NCBI GenBank assembly: GCA_038087875.1
Contig: CM075995.1
Location: 5,954,001-6,018,000 of the forward strand
Direction of reading: 5' to 3'
DNA from: Malacoraja senta
Taxonomy: Eukaryota
DNA: 64,000 bases
The notes below the pieces were generated by a model that was not told the origin of the DNA, did not search any database, and was given only the letters and a program-made list of their open reading frames with translations. Shown piece by piece: positions 13,489 to 24,335 of the stretch. The first letter of the stretch is position 1. Each line of letters opens with the position of its first letter. Position numbers and translations under genes: made by a program.

Positions 13489-13921
13489 TCAAGTCAAGTC
13501 AAGTGAGTTTATTGTCATGTGTCCCTGATAGGACAATGAAATTCTTGCTTTGCTTCAGCACAACAGAACATAGTAGGCATTGACTACAAGGCATTCTATA
13601 AATATATACACACATGAATCAATATACTGATAAAGTGCAAATAACAGTATTGGCTAATAAAGTTCAGTGTTATGTCCGAGCCAGGTTTAATAGCCTGATG
13701 GCTGTGGGGAAGTAGCTGTTCCTGAACCTGGTCGTTGCAGTCTTCAGGCTCCTGTACCTTCTACCTGAAGGTAGTAGGGAGATGTGTGGGCAGGATGGTG
13801 TGGGTCCTTGATGATACTGCCAGCCTTTTTGAGGCAGCGACTGTGATAGATCCCCTCGATGGAACGGATGTCAGAGCCGATGATGGACTGGGCAGTGTTT
13901 ACTACTTTTTGTAGTCTTTTG
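13489..13921 (-). mobile_element. Rex1/Babar LINE 3' end
   Basis: ORF 13744-13926 has LQKVVNTAQSIIG...RCLKKAGSIIKDPHHP, followed by a (GACTT)n tail. Confidence 0.85.
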
Positions 13922-14095
13922 AGCATACAATTACAGTACAGTTACAGTACAAGAGTTACAGTACAATATGAGCATACAATTACAGTGTAGTTACAGTACA
14001 AGAGTTACAGTTCAAGAGTAAATCACACAGCTATAATACAAGAGTAAATCACACAGCTATAATACAAGAGTAAATTACAATTACAGTACAAGCAT
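13921..14095. repeat. Imperfect tandem repeats (tacaattacagtacagttacagtacaagag; caagagtaaatcacacagctataata)
   Basis: Directly visible tandem units. Confidence 0.75.
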
Positions 14096-14228
14096 AAGCA
14101 AAAGCATTCAATATATACACTTCAAATTTAGCAGAATTTAGAATTAAAAAATTTGGATCGCACAGTCCTAGAAAATCACAAACGCGTCCTCTCAATTTCA
14201 GCCCATCTACGATTACATCCAAGTAGTT

Positions 14229-14408
14229 TAGAACATAGAAAATAGGTGCAGGAGGCCATTCGGCCCTTCGAGCCAGCACCGCCATTCATTGTGATCATGG
14301 CTGATCATCCCCAATCAATAACCCTTGCCTGCCTTCTCCCCATATCCCTCGATTCCACTAGCTCCTAGAGCTCTATCTAACTCTCTCTTAAATCCATCCA
14401 GAGAAATC
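14229..14408 (-). mobile_element. CR1/HER1 3' end running into the gap
   Basis: Encodes LDGFKRELDRALGASGIEGYGEKAG followed by the conserved 3' UTR. Confidence 0.85.
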
Positions 14409-14410
14409 GG

Positions 14411-14610
14411 NNNNNNNNNNNNNNNNNNNNNNNNNNNNNNNNNNNNNNNNNNNNNNNNNNNNNNNNNNNNNNNNNNNNNNNNNNNNNNNNNNNNNNNNNN
14501 NNNNNNNNNNNNNNNNNNNNNNNNNNNNNNNNNNNNNNNNNNNNNNNNNNNNNNNNNNNNNNNNNNNNNNNNNNNNNNNNNNNNNNNNNNNNNNNNNNNN
14601 NNNNNNNNNN
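14411..14610. other. Assembly gap (200 N)
   Basis: Run of n characters. Confidence 1.
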
Positions 14611-15100
14611 AGATGGCGGAGCGATGCGGCGCTGGAGACGAGGAGCCTGGTGTCACACCCGGCCGGCTGGCAGTCCCTCCTGTCCTTCACTGTCCTCTTC
14701 CTGGCCTGGCTGGCCGGCTTCAGCTCCAGACTATTCGCCGTCATCCGCTTCGAGAAGCATCATCCACGAGTTTGACCCGTGGTGAGGACACGCGTCAGCG
14801 GCTCCCATTTTTTTCTGCCAGGGACTGGGTGCGGGAGAGTGGGCGACAAGGCCGGGAGTGGGATGAGGGTCGATAGGTGTCGGACGGGGACAGTGGGGGA
14901 TCGGGGGGGGGGTGGGGGATACGGACCGGGTGTCGGGGTGGGGGGAAGTGAGCGCCAAGGTAGTGGAGTCGGGAGGATAGGAGTCGGCGGTAGACAAGGG
15001 GGTAGGAGAAGGGGATAGAGGTCGGAGGGTACAGGGGGTAGGAGCCGGGGTTGAGCGGTGGGAGACGGGGGGGGGGGGGTGTCAGTGTTAGGCGTGTGGG
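14611..15100. promoter_or_regulatory. CpG-rich/G-rich region over STT3B exon 1 and the start of intron 1
   Basis: High GC and many CpGs relative to the AT-rich background, with many G-runs on +. The promoter and 5'UTR probably fall in the adjacent gap. Confidence 0.65.
14613..14781 (+). CDS. STT3B: STT3B (oligosaccharyltransferase catalytic subunit B), coding exon 1, with two apparent 1-nt frameshifts in this assembly
   Basis: ATG at 14613 gives MAE. From 14653 the frame reads [34 protein letters not shown], then an extra A at 14755, then [16 protein letters not shown]. This closely matches vertebrate STT3B [43 protein letters not shown] as recalled, with a phase-2 donor in the Trp codon at 14782. 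Confidence 0.93.
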
Positions 15101-17649
15101 TGTCGGATAATGTGAGAAAGGGTCTGACGTAGGAAGTCTATGAGGGGGTGCCGACAGAGCGGTTGGTGGTGGACGGTTTTGACAAGGCGGGATGGGGAAA
15201 GAAAGAGTCTGAGTTCAAATCTGGTGAGTGCTCTGGAAAGATTGGGGCTGGGGGAAGGGATGAGTGGTATATGGAAGGGGCAAGTTAATGGCAAACTGGA
15301 AGAACCACAATCTTAATTGGAGAGGAATCTGGCAAGGGTCAGAGGGTGGGGAATTGGAGGGGGGAGAGAGAATCTGGTAGAGCACATGGAGGTAATGACG
15401 GAATGGAGTATGAGGTTATGGAAGTGGCCGTGGGGGCGGAAAGAGGAGGATGATCGACAGGTGATGGGTGGAGGAGGGAGGTACAGGGGAATATACTTGG
15501 GGATGGTGGGGTGAGGGAAACAAGGTGTTCGAGAGTGTTTGAGAGAAAAAGAGTGGAATAGAGACTTTCACAAAGTATGTGGGAATTCAGGGAAGTACGT
15601 GATGTGGAGTTTGAAATGGAAGGGTGCAGTTGTGCTGGGAATGAATGGATTGGGAGGAGCAGGATAGACAAGCAGAACTCCTGAGGCATAAATTTTCTCA
15701 TGGAGGTGAACTGGGAAGGGAACATGAACGGTGGTGGAAGCAGAGGATAAGCGGCGAAGAGGAATCAAAATATAGATGGGAGCGTATGAACATACTGAGA
15801 TGCCTAATAGTTTGGATCTGATAAGAAGCAGGTTATCAGCAAATAGATATCAAATTAAAGACATATCAATTTAAATATGAGAAGCAGAAATTGAGTAGGG
15901 TCACAGGTCAGATGATAAGTTTTGGTGTGAACAACCATGGAGTGCAGAAGCTGGGGGTACATTGTAAACCCACGACCATGATCCTTTTGACACTCCTCCG
16001 TATATCCGATACAAAGCACTTGCTAAAAATCTGTGTACTGTACAATCATTGTTATTGCATGAGTGTGTTATTGCAAGTTATTATTAAGGGGTCAAATTCA
16101 CTTGGGATCCTGTGAATGGGAGTATGTTTTTTGCTACAAACAAGTGCATGTTAAGAAAATACGGCATGGAGTCGAAACAGAAAATCTGTCTTAAGCATGT
16201 GGCTTAATGCGTGTTGCCCATTTTTTTAAAATGTAGCTAAATGCATGAGCCCTGTCCAGCTCTTTCGATAAATCTTTTCCGATTTAGTTGATAATGTCAT
16301 TCTGCAGAGGGCAAAGCTTTTTTATAATTGAGAAAATGGACAATATTTGTTTGCAGTTGATTGGATTAGATCTAATAGGTGTGTTGAATGTATGGCATGT
16401 TAATTATTTTTTATGACTTCCATCTTCAAAATTAAATATTGCAGAAAGTGTTGATGTCCAAGTCTTGCATAACAATATGGATGTATAAAAGTTTTGTACT
16501 TGTAAAACCTGTGGTTGTGTTGAAGGTTGTTCATGGCGTGCTGTTCATTACTTTAGCATATGGCAACAAATTAGTTAACAAATGATACATTATGAAAAGC
16601 AGCACAACTGAAAGATTGTAAGGAAAGGGTTGGGATAAGTATACCCATATTTGGTTGTGATACGCTCAATGACAGCTTAAGATTCCAAAGAATAGTGTGG
16701 AGAAGATCCAAAGTGTCTAATGTGAATGATCTGTTAAAGATAATGGCATGAATAACTAAGAGATAATTAAATTAAATGCATCAACTGAGAATCATATCAT
16801 TGTCAGGTGTTTGCAAAACATGCTCATTGCACTACCATCTCTTTGCCAGCATTTACCACCAATATTTGAAAATTGAAGACTGGACTTTAAAAAGACCTTG
16901 CTCTATCAGCAATGCTTGGGGAAAAAAAAAAAACCTTGCAGTGTTTCTTTAAAATTTTTGACAGAAAAATTGGCAAAGGGTTGCAACTGAAATAGGTTAG
17001 TGACACTTCACTGTAGCAGATCAACAACTTGGAATATATTACTGAAATGTTGACGGGTTTTTGTTTAATGGTGCAATGGCATAGTTTTATCATTTTGAGA
17101 GTTGATTATTGAACGTTATGTGATGGGGGAATAGTCTCTATATCCTATGATTACTTCAGCTATTGAACCCTTAGTACAGCACCAATAAAAGTACAAATAC
17201 AGCCCACATCATTCATGTTTTGTACCCCAAACCCTTCCTCTATGGCATAACAATAGTTGGGACACATATATGCTTAAGTTCCAATGACTTTGTTTTGGAT
17301 GTGAAGAATTGCAGCCTTGTTATATATTCGAGAATGTCCAGAGGCTGGCATCTGGGGGCCATAACTCAGTCTCCAACTTTTCTGCTGGTGTTATAAAGCA
17401 CAGTTTCTTTGTTGTTTATTGTATTGCAAGCATTTCACTGAATTATACTTAGTGATCATTCCGTATAATGTTTCCCTCCACACGGGGCGATAACTTGCTA
17501 TCACTCTGATCAAAAATGCTTACATTTTAAAATGTATTGCTTCTGGTTCTATTTATCTGGAGTTCCATTTCAATTGTATATATATTAACGTTCTTTGCAT
17601 GTTAAGATAAAATTTGTCCAAAGCTTTTTGCCTATAAATACGGAGATTC

Positions 17650-19925
17650 TTGGGCAGTTTGAGTTTGAGGAGGAGGTGTTGGGGCCCTGGAAGAGCATTA
17701 AGAAGGATAAATCACCAGGGCCTGATGGGATTTATCCCACATTATTGAGAGGGGGCAAGAGGGGATTGTGGGAAGCTTGATGAAGATCTTTGGATCTTCT
17801 CTAGCTACAGGCGAGGTCCCAGAGGACTGGAGAAAAGCTAAAGTTGTTCCTTTGTTTAAGAAATGAAGTAGAGAGAATCCAGGGAACTATAGACCAGTGA
17901 GCCCCACGTCAGTGGTAGGGAAGGTATTGGAGATGCTTCTTTAATAGGATTTACTCCCATTTGAAGAAAATAGATTAATTAGGGACAGTCAGCATGGCTT
18001 TATACACAGCACGTTGTATCTTACTAACTCCTCAATTTGAGGTGACAGGTGATCAATGAGTGGTAGGATGGTAGGATGTTGTCTACTCGGTTTTTAGTAA
18101 GGCATTTGATAAAGTCTTCCATGGTTGGCTGAACCAGAAGATTAAGATGCATGGAATTAACAATGACTCGGTTGTATAGAATCAGAACTGGTTTACTGAT
18201 AGAAAACGGAGGGTTGTGGTGGAAGGACAATATTCAGCCTGGAGGTCTTTGACCAGTGGCGTTCCGCAGGGATCTGTGATTGGACCTCTGCTGTTTTTGA
18301 TTAAAATGTATGTATATGAATGATTTGGCTGTAAACATAGACAGGTTGGTTAATAAGTTTGTAGATGACAGCAGGATTGCTGAGGTGGCGGGCTGTGAGG
18401 AAGGCTGTCAAAGTCCAAGTTCATAACTCTATGAAAGTGGCAACGCAAGTGTATGGTGGTAAAGAGTGCATACGGTATGCTTGGCTTCATTGGTCGATGT
18501 ATTTAGTAAAAGAGTCAGGCAGTCATGATGCCGCTTTGTAGGACTTTCGCTATGCCACATTTCGTGCAGTTCTGGCCGCCCCATTAAAGGAAGAATGTGA
18601 AGGTTTTGGAAACGGTGAAGAGGAGGATTAACTGGACTGATGCATAGGGCCTATTAACTAAAGGGAGAGATTGGACAGACTTGGACAATTTTCTCGAGAA
18701 CGTCGAGCTTGCAGAGAGACCCGATAGAGGTATATAAAGTTATGAGAGGTTTAGATAGGTTAGTCAGAATCTATTTCCCAGGACAGAAATATCAAATACT
18801 GGAGGGCATAGGTTTAAGGTAAGAGGGGAAAAGTTTAAAGGAGACTAGACCAAGTGCAGACCTGTTGGGTCTGTTCCCACAACGCGCGGTTGCGAGGGGA
18901 GGGGGATGCCTGAGGCGTCACACACACACTAACCAACCACACACACACACACTCTAACCACCCCTCACACACACACACACTCTCTAACCACCCCTCACAC
19001 ACACACACACACTCTAACCACCCCTCACACACACACACACACACTAACCACCCCCATTGATATTATATTAAGGAGGGAGGAGAGGGGTAGGGCCGCCCAG
19101 CAAACGTCGGCCTCAGAGTGAGCCTCAGCTCCATGGCCTCGCATCCTCGGCGCTTCAGACCCCGAGTACGGGGAGGGTGGAGCGGGCGGGCGTGATCCCG
19201 AGTGAGCCTGCGGGCCGCCTGCGAGGACGGCGAAAAGCAGCGGGGGGGAGCAGCCGATCTGTGGCTTCCGCCAGCGTGACAGAGCCGGGGGGGGGGGGGG
19301 TGGAGAGCCGTGCGGCAGCAGCTGTTATGGTCGCGCGGGGCATGCGATGAGAAGGTGGCCAGCGGGAGGCGAAAAAATGACTGAGTGGGGGGGGGTGAAG
19401 GATTTTATTAAAAATGTGTACAGTAAAATGACTAACTTTAATGAGGAGTGGATTTGCGAATGTAAAAGTAAAATCGCTAGGGGCACGCGATGGGAAGGTG
19501 GCCAGCGGGTCGAAAAAATGACTGGGGGTGGGGGGGTGAAGGATTTTATTAAAAATGTGTACAGAAGTGGATTTGCGAATGTAAAAGTAAAATCGCTAGC
19601 GAAGTGGTAAAAATCTCGGCGTTTTTGCGTCTGGTTTTCGCGGCGTAACGAATCAAAGGCAAAATCAAAATGACATACACCCACACACACACACACACAG
19701 AGTTTTAAAAGTATATAGATAGATGTGTGGGGAAAGTTTTTTTTACACAGAGGTGGTGATGTCTGGAATGTGTTGCTGGGGATGGTGATGTCATAATGGC
19801 ATTTAAGAGACTTTTGGATAGGCATAAGAAGGAATATGAATTATGTGCAGGCAAATAAAAGTTCATCTTGGCATCATATTCGGTATAGATGTTGTGGGCT
19901 GAAGGGCCTATTCTAGTGTTCCCTG
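17650..19925 (+). mobile_element. Old CR1 LINE ORF2 and 3' end, split by the Helitron at 18845-19723
   Basis: Decayed DKSPGPDGIYP, NYRPVS and SGVPQGS motifs. The sequence tttaaaggaga|tgtgtgggg rejoins across the insertion. Confidence 0.85.
18845..19723 (-). mobile_element. Non-autonomous Helitron 1
   Basis: Minus strand starts TCTATCTATATACTTTT and ends with hairpin CAGACC-caaca-GGTCTG then CACTTGGTCTAG. It is inserted exactly between A and T with no TSD, and the host CR1 rejoins cleanly. Confidence 0.9.
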
Positions 19926-20196
19926 TTCTAATGTTACCTGTATTGAATTCAGTTATCATGATTTTATCGGTTCTTTAGATTACCCAAATTTTAATCAGTT
20001 TTGCTAAATAGAATTGACCAACTTGCATCTGCAACATCATTCCTGTTCTTATTACTTGAATTATTTTATTAGGAAGGCATTGTGTGATTACAATATTGTT
20101 TCCCTGCAGTTGTACCTGCCAAGTTGTAAGTTTTCAGACAAAGCAGTCTTTTGTTACCATTTTGAAAACTCAAAACCAGGGCTCTATTGTAATTAG

Positions 20197-21416
20197 TAAC
20201 TGACTGGGACAGGCAGCATCTCTGGAGAGATGCTCTGGGTGATGTTTCGGGTTGAGACCCTTCTTCAGACTGATGTCAGGGGAGTGGGCGGTACAGAGAT
20301 AGAATGTAGTCGCAAAATGTAAAACTGGTGAGAGAATTGGGAAGGGGGAGGGGAATGGAGAGAGAGGGAAAGCAAGGGCTACTTGAAGAAGTTGTTCTCT
20401 CTCCGACGAGAGTTCAGCAACATCCTCTCTCACTGCTCCCCCTCTGTGATTCCTCCTGCGTGGAGCTGATTGTGGACTTTAGAAGGGCACAACAACCAAG
20501 GATGTACACGCCACTGGGGATCAATGGGACTACTGTAGATAGGGTGAGCAGCTTTAAATACCTGGGAGTCCACATCACAGAGAATCTGACATGGACAACA
20601 CACTGCCACACTGGTGAGAAAGGCAAGGCAGCGCCTTTACCACCTCAGGTAGGTGACGAAATTCAGAGTCTCTCTGAGGACCGTTCAATCCTTCTACTCT
20701 GGTGCTGTAGAAAGCATCCTGACCGGAAACATCTCTATCTGGTATGGCAACAGCTCTGCCCAGGACAGGAAGTCTCTGCAGAGAGTAGTGCGTTTGGCCA
20801 AAAGCATCACGGGAACTACACTTTCCCCCCCACCCCCTCCTGCAGGACCTATACACCAGGAGGTGCAGATCCAGAGGCTGCAGGATCATGAAGGACCCCT
20901 ACCAGCCCAGCAACGGACTGTTCCAGCTGCTGCGGTCAGGCAAACGCCTCCGCTGTCACATAGCAAAAACAGAAAGGCTGAGACGGAGTTTCTTCCCACA
21001 GGCCATCAGGACTGTAAACTCTAATCTCACCAGGGCGTAAATACTGTTGCGTCTTTTTTTAATGTAAATGCTGATTCTGTTCTGTTCCGTTGTTTTGCAC
21101 AATCCCGCAAGCATTGCCACTTTCATTTCACTGTACATCTTGTTTGTGTATATGACAAATAAAGTTGACTTGACGGGCCTTCGACTCTGCGACCACGTCC
21201 CCCCCTCCCCCCTCCAGTTCTTCCACCAGTTTTACTGTCTCCGACTACATTTTATCTCTGTACCGCCCACTCCCCTGACATCAGTCTGAAGAAGGGTCTC
21301 GACCTGAAACGTCACGCATTCCTTCTCTCCGGAGATGCTGCCTGTCCCGCTGAGTTACTCCAGTATTTTGTGTCTACCTTCGATTTAAACCAGCATCTGC
21401 AGTTCTTTCCTACACA
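20197..21416. mobile_element. Penelope-like hammerhead-motif element with inverted ends and a 15-bp TSD, containing a nested Rex fragment
   Basis: Minus copy at about 20197-20392 and plus copy at about 21205-21416. CTCTATTGTAATTAG is duplicated at 20182-20196 and 21417-21431. Confidence 0.85.
20460..21173 (+). mobile_element. Rex1/Babar LINE 3' fragment
   Basis: ELIVDFRR...VSSFKYLGVHITENLTW and FYSGAVESILTG, ending in an aataaagttgacttgac tail. Confidence 0.88.
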
Positions 21417-22042
21417 CTCTATTGTAATTAGATTGCTGTTGAAAAATTTAGCATTGTGAAGCGGGAATTTTTAAAGTTAGCTGTCTTAGGGACGAAGCAA
21501 AATTGATGTTTTCCATTGGTCAAGGAAATAACTAATTGAACGAATGTTGTGTACAAAACAACATTTATGTTGACCAAATACCATTTTGCTGCAGAAAATT
21601 ATCTATTTTGTCAGAAATATTGAACATGAAGTAGGTGGAATGATGTGGGCAGCTTGTCAGGTTTTCTCATTCTAATATATAAAATACTCACCATCCCCAT
21701 TAAAATTTAAGTTATCAATTAATTGTTCTTTTGTGTTTATTCGCTATAAAGCATTGTATGCAAGACAGTTCTGTACCTTTATCCATCGATGTCAAACTTG
21801 CCAAGATCCAAGATCTTAGCAAAATCACTCTACGTTGACAAGAAGCAGCCTTATAATCGGAGGTGTTTTATTGGTTGGTATTAATGTTCTCTATCTCAGT
21901 TTCGTGTTTTTGTTAACTGACCAGTAAAATCTTATCATGGAATGAAGTGAATTTATTAACAGATGGAAATTTATAGGCTATCACTATTTATCACAATGAA
22001 TAACTTTTGCCATATGATGCCTATTAACTCTTTTTTGCAATC

Positions 22043-22497
22043 ATTGAGTCATACAGCGTGGAAACAGGCCCTTCGGCCCAACTTGCCGACGTCGACCAAC
22101 TTGCCGCATCTGCAGTAGTCCCACCTGCCTGCGTTTGTCGCACATCCCTCCAAATCTTTCCTATCCATGTACTTGTCCAATATTTCTTAAACGTTGTGAT
22201 AGTACCTTCCGCAACTTCCTCCTCTGGCAGCCCGTTCCATACACTTACCACTGTTTGTGTAAAAAAAAGTTGCTCCTCTGGTTCCTATTAAATCTTTATA
22301 CCCTCACCTTAAACCTATGTCCTCAGGTTCTTGATTCCCTTACTGTGGGTAAAATACTCCATCTAATCCTCTCATGATCTTGTACACCTATGTAAAATCA
22401 TCCCTCATCCTTCTGCACTCCAAGGGATAAAGTGCTAGCCTGCCCAAACTCGCCCTATACCTCAGGCTCTTGAGTCCTGGCAGCTTTCTCGTAAAAT
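22043..22497 (-). mobile_element. CR1/HER1 3' fragment
   Basis: VWNGLPEEEVAEGTITTFKK followed by the 3' UTR. Confidence 0.8.
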
Positions 22498-23359
22498 ATC
22501 TTACCTGTGTTATTAAATAAGTGCTTTTTTTTTTCCCTTATTGACTTGATTGCTGCTCGCGCTTTTAAAAAAAAAACTTTGACTCATAAACAAAACATTT
22601 CAATAATCATTTGAGTATGTTATTTGTAAAATATTGCTATTATTTACATCTGACGACTGGAGAAGCTATTGGTATTGAATTTAAATAATTTAAAACTTGA
22701 TTACACTGTTAAAATCTATGTAAATGCATTGTTTCTGGTTAACAGTTAAAGATTTATGTATGTTTATTATCACACATGAAATTAGGATTGCAGTCATTAC
22801 ATTCTGAGAGTCAGGTTTTGTTATGTACCATGCTTTTTTAAATGGGAACCAGACATTTGTACAGAATGTTCAGTTGCAAACTGACTGGTAATGTTTTTGC
22901 AAGAAAGGCAGCTAAAAGAATTGTCGTAACGTGCAGCAAAAATACTGGTTGGTGCCGGTGAGAGAAATCAAATTGAACCCACATGGAACATCAGAAATTA
23001 CATGCCTTTGGATAAGGCCTTTGATGAGGTAAAAAGTGTATTCTCTTTAGGAGCATGATGCATAAGGAAGGAATTTCAAAAGTTGTGGCCTGGATATCTG
23101 AAGGTGACCAAAGATGGAACAAAGGGAAATCAATGTTTCAGAGCACTTTGACATTCTTGTTTTTTTGGAGGAACCTCTTGCATTTTGTTTACATTTTTGT
23201 ATAGTGTAGGAAAATTTGAATCCAATTTATCTTTCTGATTTGCATGGCTTTGAATTGGGCAAGTCCAATCTTTCAAACCACCTTCACCACGTCCTCACTA
23301 TTCAAGTGGTGTGCGAGTAGACGTCTCAAAGTGCAGCGCTGCTGAGCTCTTCATCCGTA

Positions 23360-23486
23360 GGCAAAAATGCTGGAGAAACTCAGCGGGTGAGGCAGCATCT
23401 ATGGAGTGAAGGAAATAGGCGATGTTTCGGGTCGAGACCATTCTTTGCTTCGATTTTCCAGCACCTGCACTTCCTTCTTAAATAAC
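23360..23486. mobile_element. Hammerhead-motif short element with inversion and 13-bp TSD
   Basis: Flanked by CTCTTCATCCGTA (23347-23359) and CTCTTCATCTGTA (23487-23499). Confidence 0.8.
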
Positions 23487-23554
23487 TCTTCATCTGTATG
23501 GTATTTTTGCTGACTAGCTGTACTGTGGGGGGGGGGGGGGCGCAGAAGCCTTAA

Positions 23555-24054
23555 GGGCCTGTCCCACCAGCATGCGATTGCATGCGTCTAGCACGACCAA
23601 ACGTGGTCGCTTGAGGCGTACGGCCGCGCGGGGCCAGTCCCACTTCGAACCGCGGAGGCGTATGGAGTTGTGCGGGGCTGGTCCCGACATCGCGCGGGGC
23701 TCCGAAAATCCTGCACTGTCCGAAAATTCCGCACGCCAACGGCCTGTCAGCCCGCAGGCGCATTGAGGGCGTTCGCAGCATCTTGACGGCGTACACAGCG
23801 TCTTGACGGCGTACGCCTAGCGCGTGGCGTTGGGCTATGACGTCACCACCCGGCGTGCCGTTGCGTGATGACGTCACTGCCCGACGCCGTGCAACGTCCA
23901 AATTCAGTCGGCCCGCCTTCTGCCCAGCTGATTGGTGTGTATGATGTCGGGACCAGCCCCGCACAACTCCATACGCCTCCGCGGTTGGAAGTGGGACCGG
24001 CACCGCGCGGCCGTACGCCTCAAGCGACCAATCGCATGCTGGTGGGACAGGCCC
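23555..24054. mobile_element. Palindromic CpG-rich MITE, probably PIF/Harbinger
   Basis: Long TIRs GGGCCTGTCCCACCAGCATGCGATTG..., flanked by TTAA on both sides. It shares the CTGTCCCAC terminal motif with the Harbinger derivative at 54553-57370. Confidence 0.88.
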
Positions 24055-24335
24055 TTAAGTCAACTCGTTAAGGTAATCCTTGGCTTTTAATTCACCTTCA
24101 CTAAATTGTTGTGTTTTAACCCATTACCACCCCTCTTAAATTCCTGCACCATCTTTTTCCCATAAACCTTGACCTGAATCCCATCTTTTCCCCTGATATC
24201 CCACATCCTAAACTCTGACCCAATACATTAACCTTACCTGTCGGCGAAGATGCCTGGAAGATGTAGAGTACGACAGCGCTGCACACTGGGGCATCTTTTC
24301 ATGTGTCCTTGGATTGTGGCAAAGGAGGAACTGGC

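Noticed and set aside
1..14410. Host-gene exons left of the gap
   Set aside because: No non-transposon protein similarity was recognised. Short exons cannot be excluded without a homology search.
14315..14876. ORFs spanning the N gap
   Set aside because: Artefacts of translating Ns. The real coding signal is the frameshifted STT3B exon.
15088..15768. Minus-strand ORFs initially considered as Penelope or DIRS gag sequence
   Set aside because: No recognisable motifs. They reflect purine-rich low-complexity sequence at the start of the intron.
23551..24071. Arg/Gly-rich ORFs in the CpG-rich block, or a gene-associated CpG island
   Set aside because: Fully explained by a palindromic MITE.
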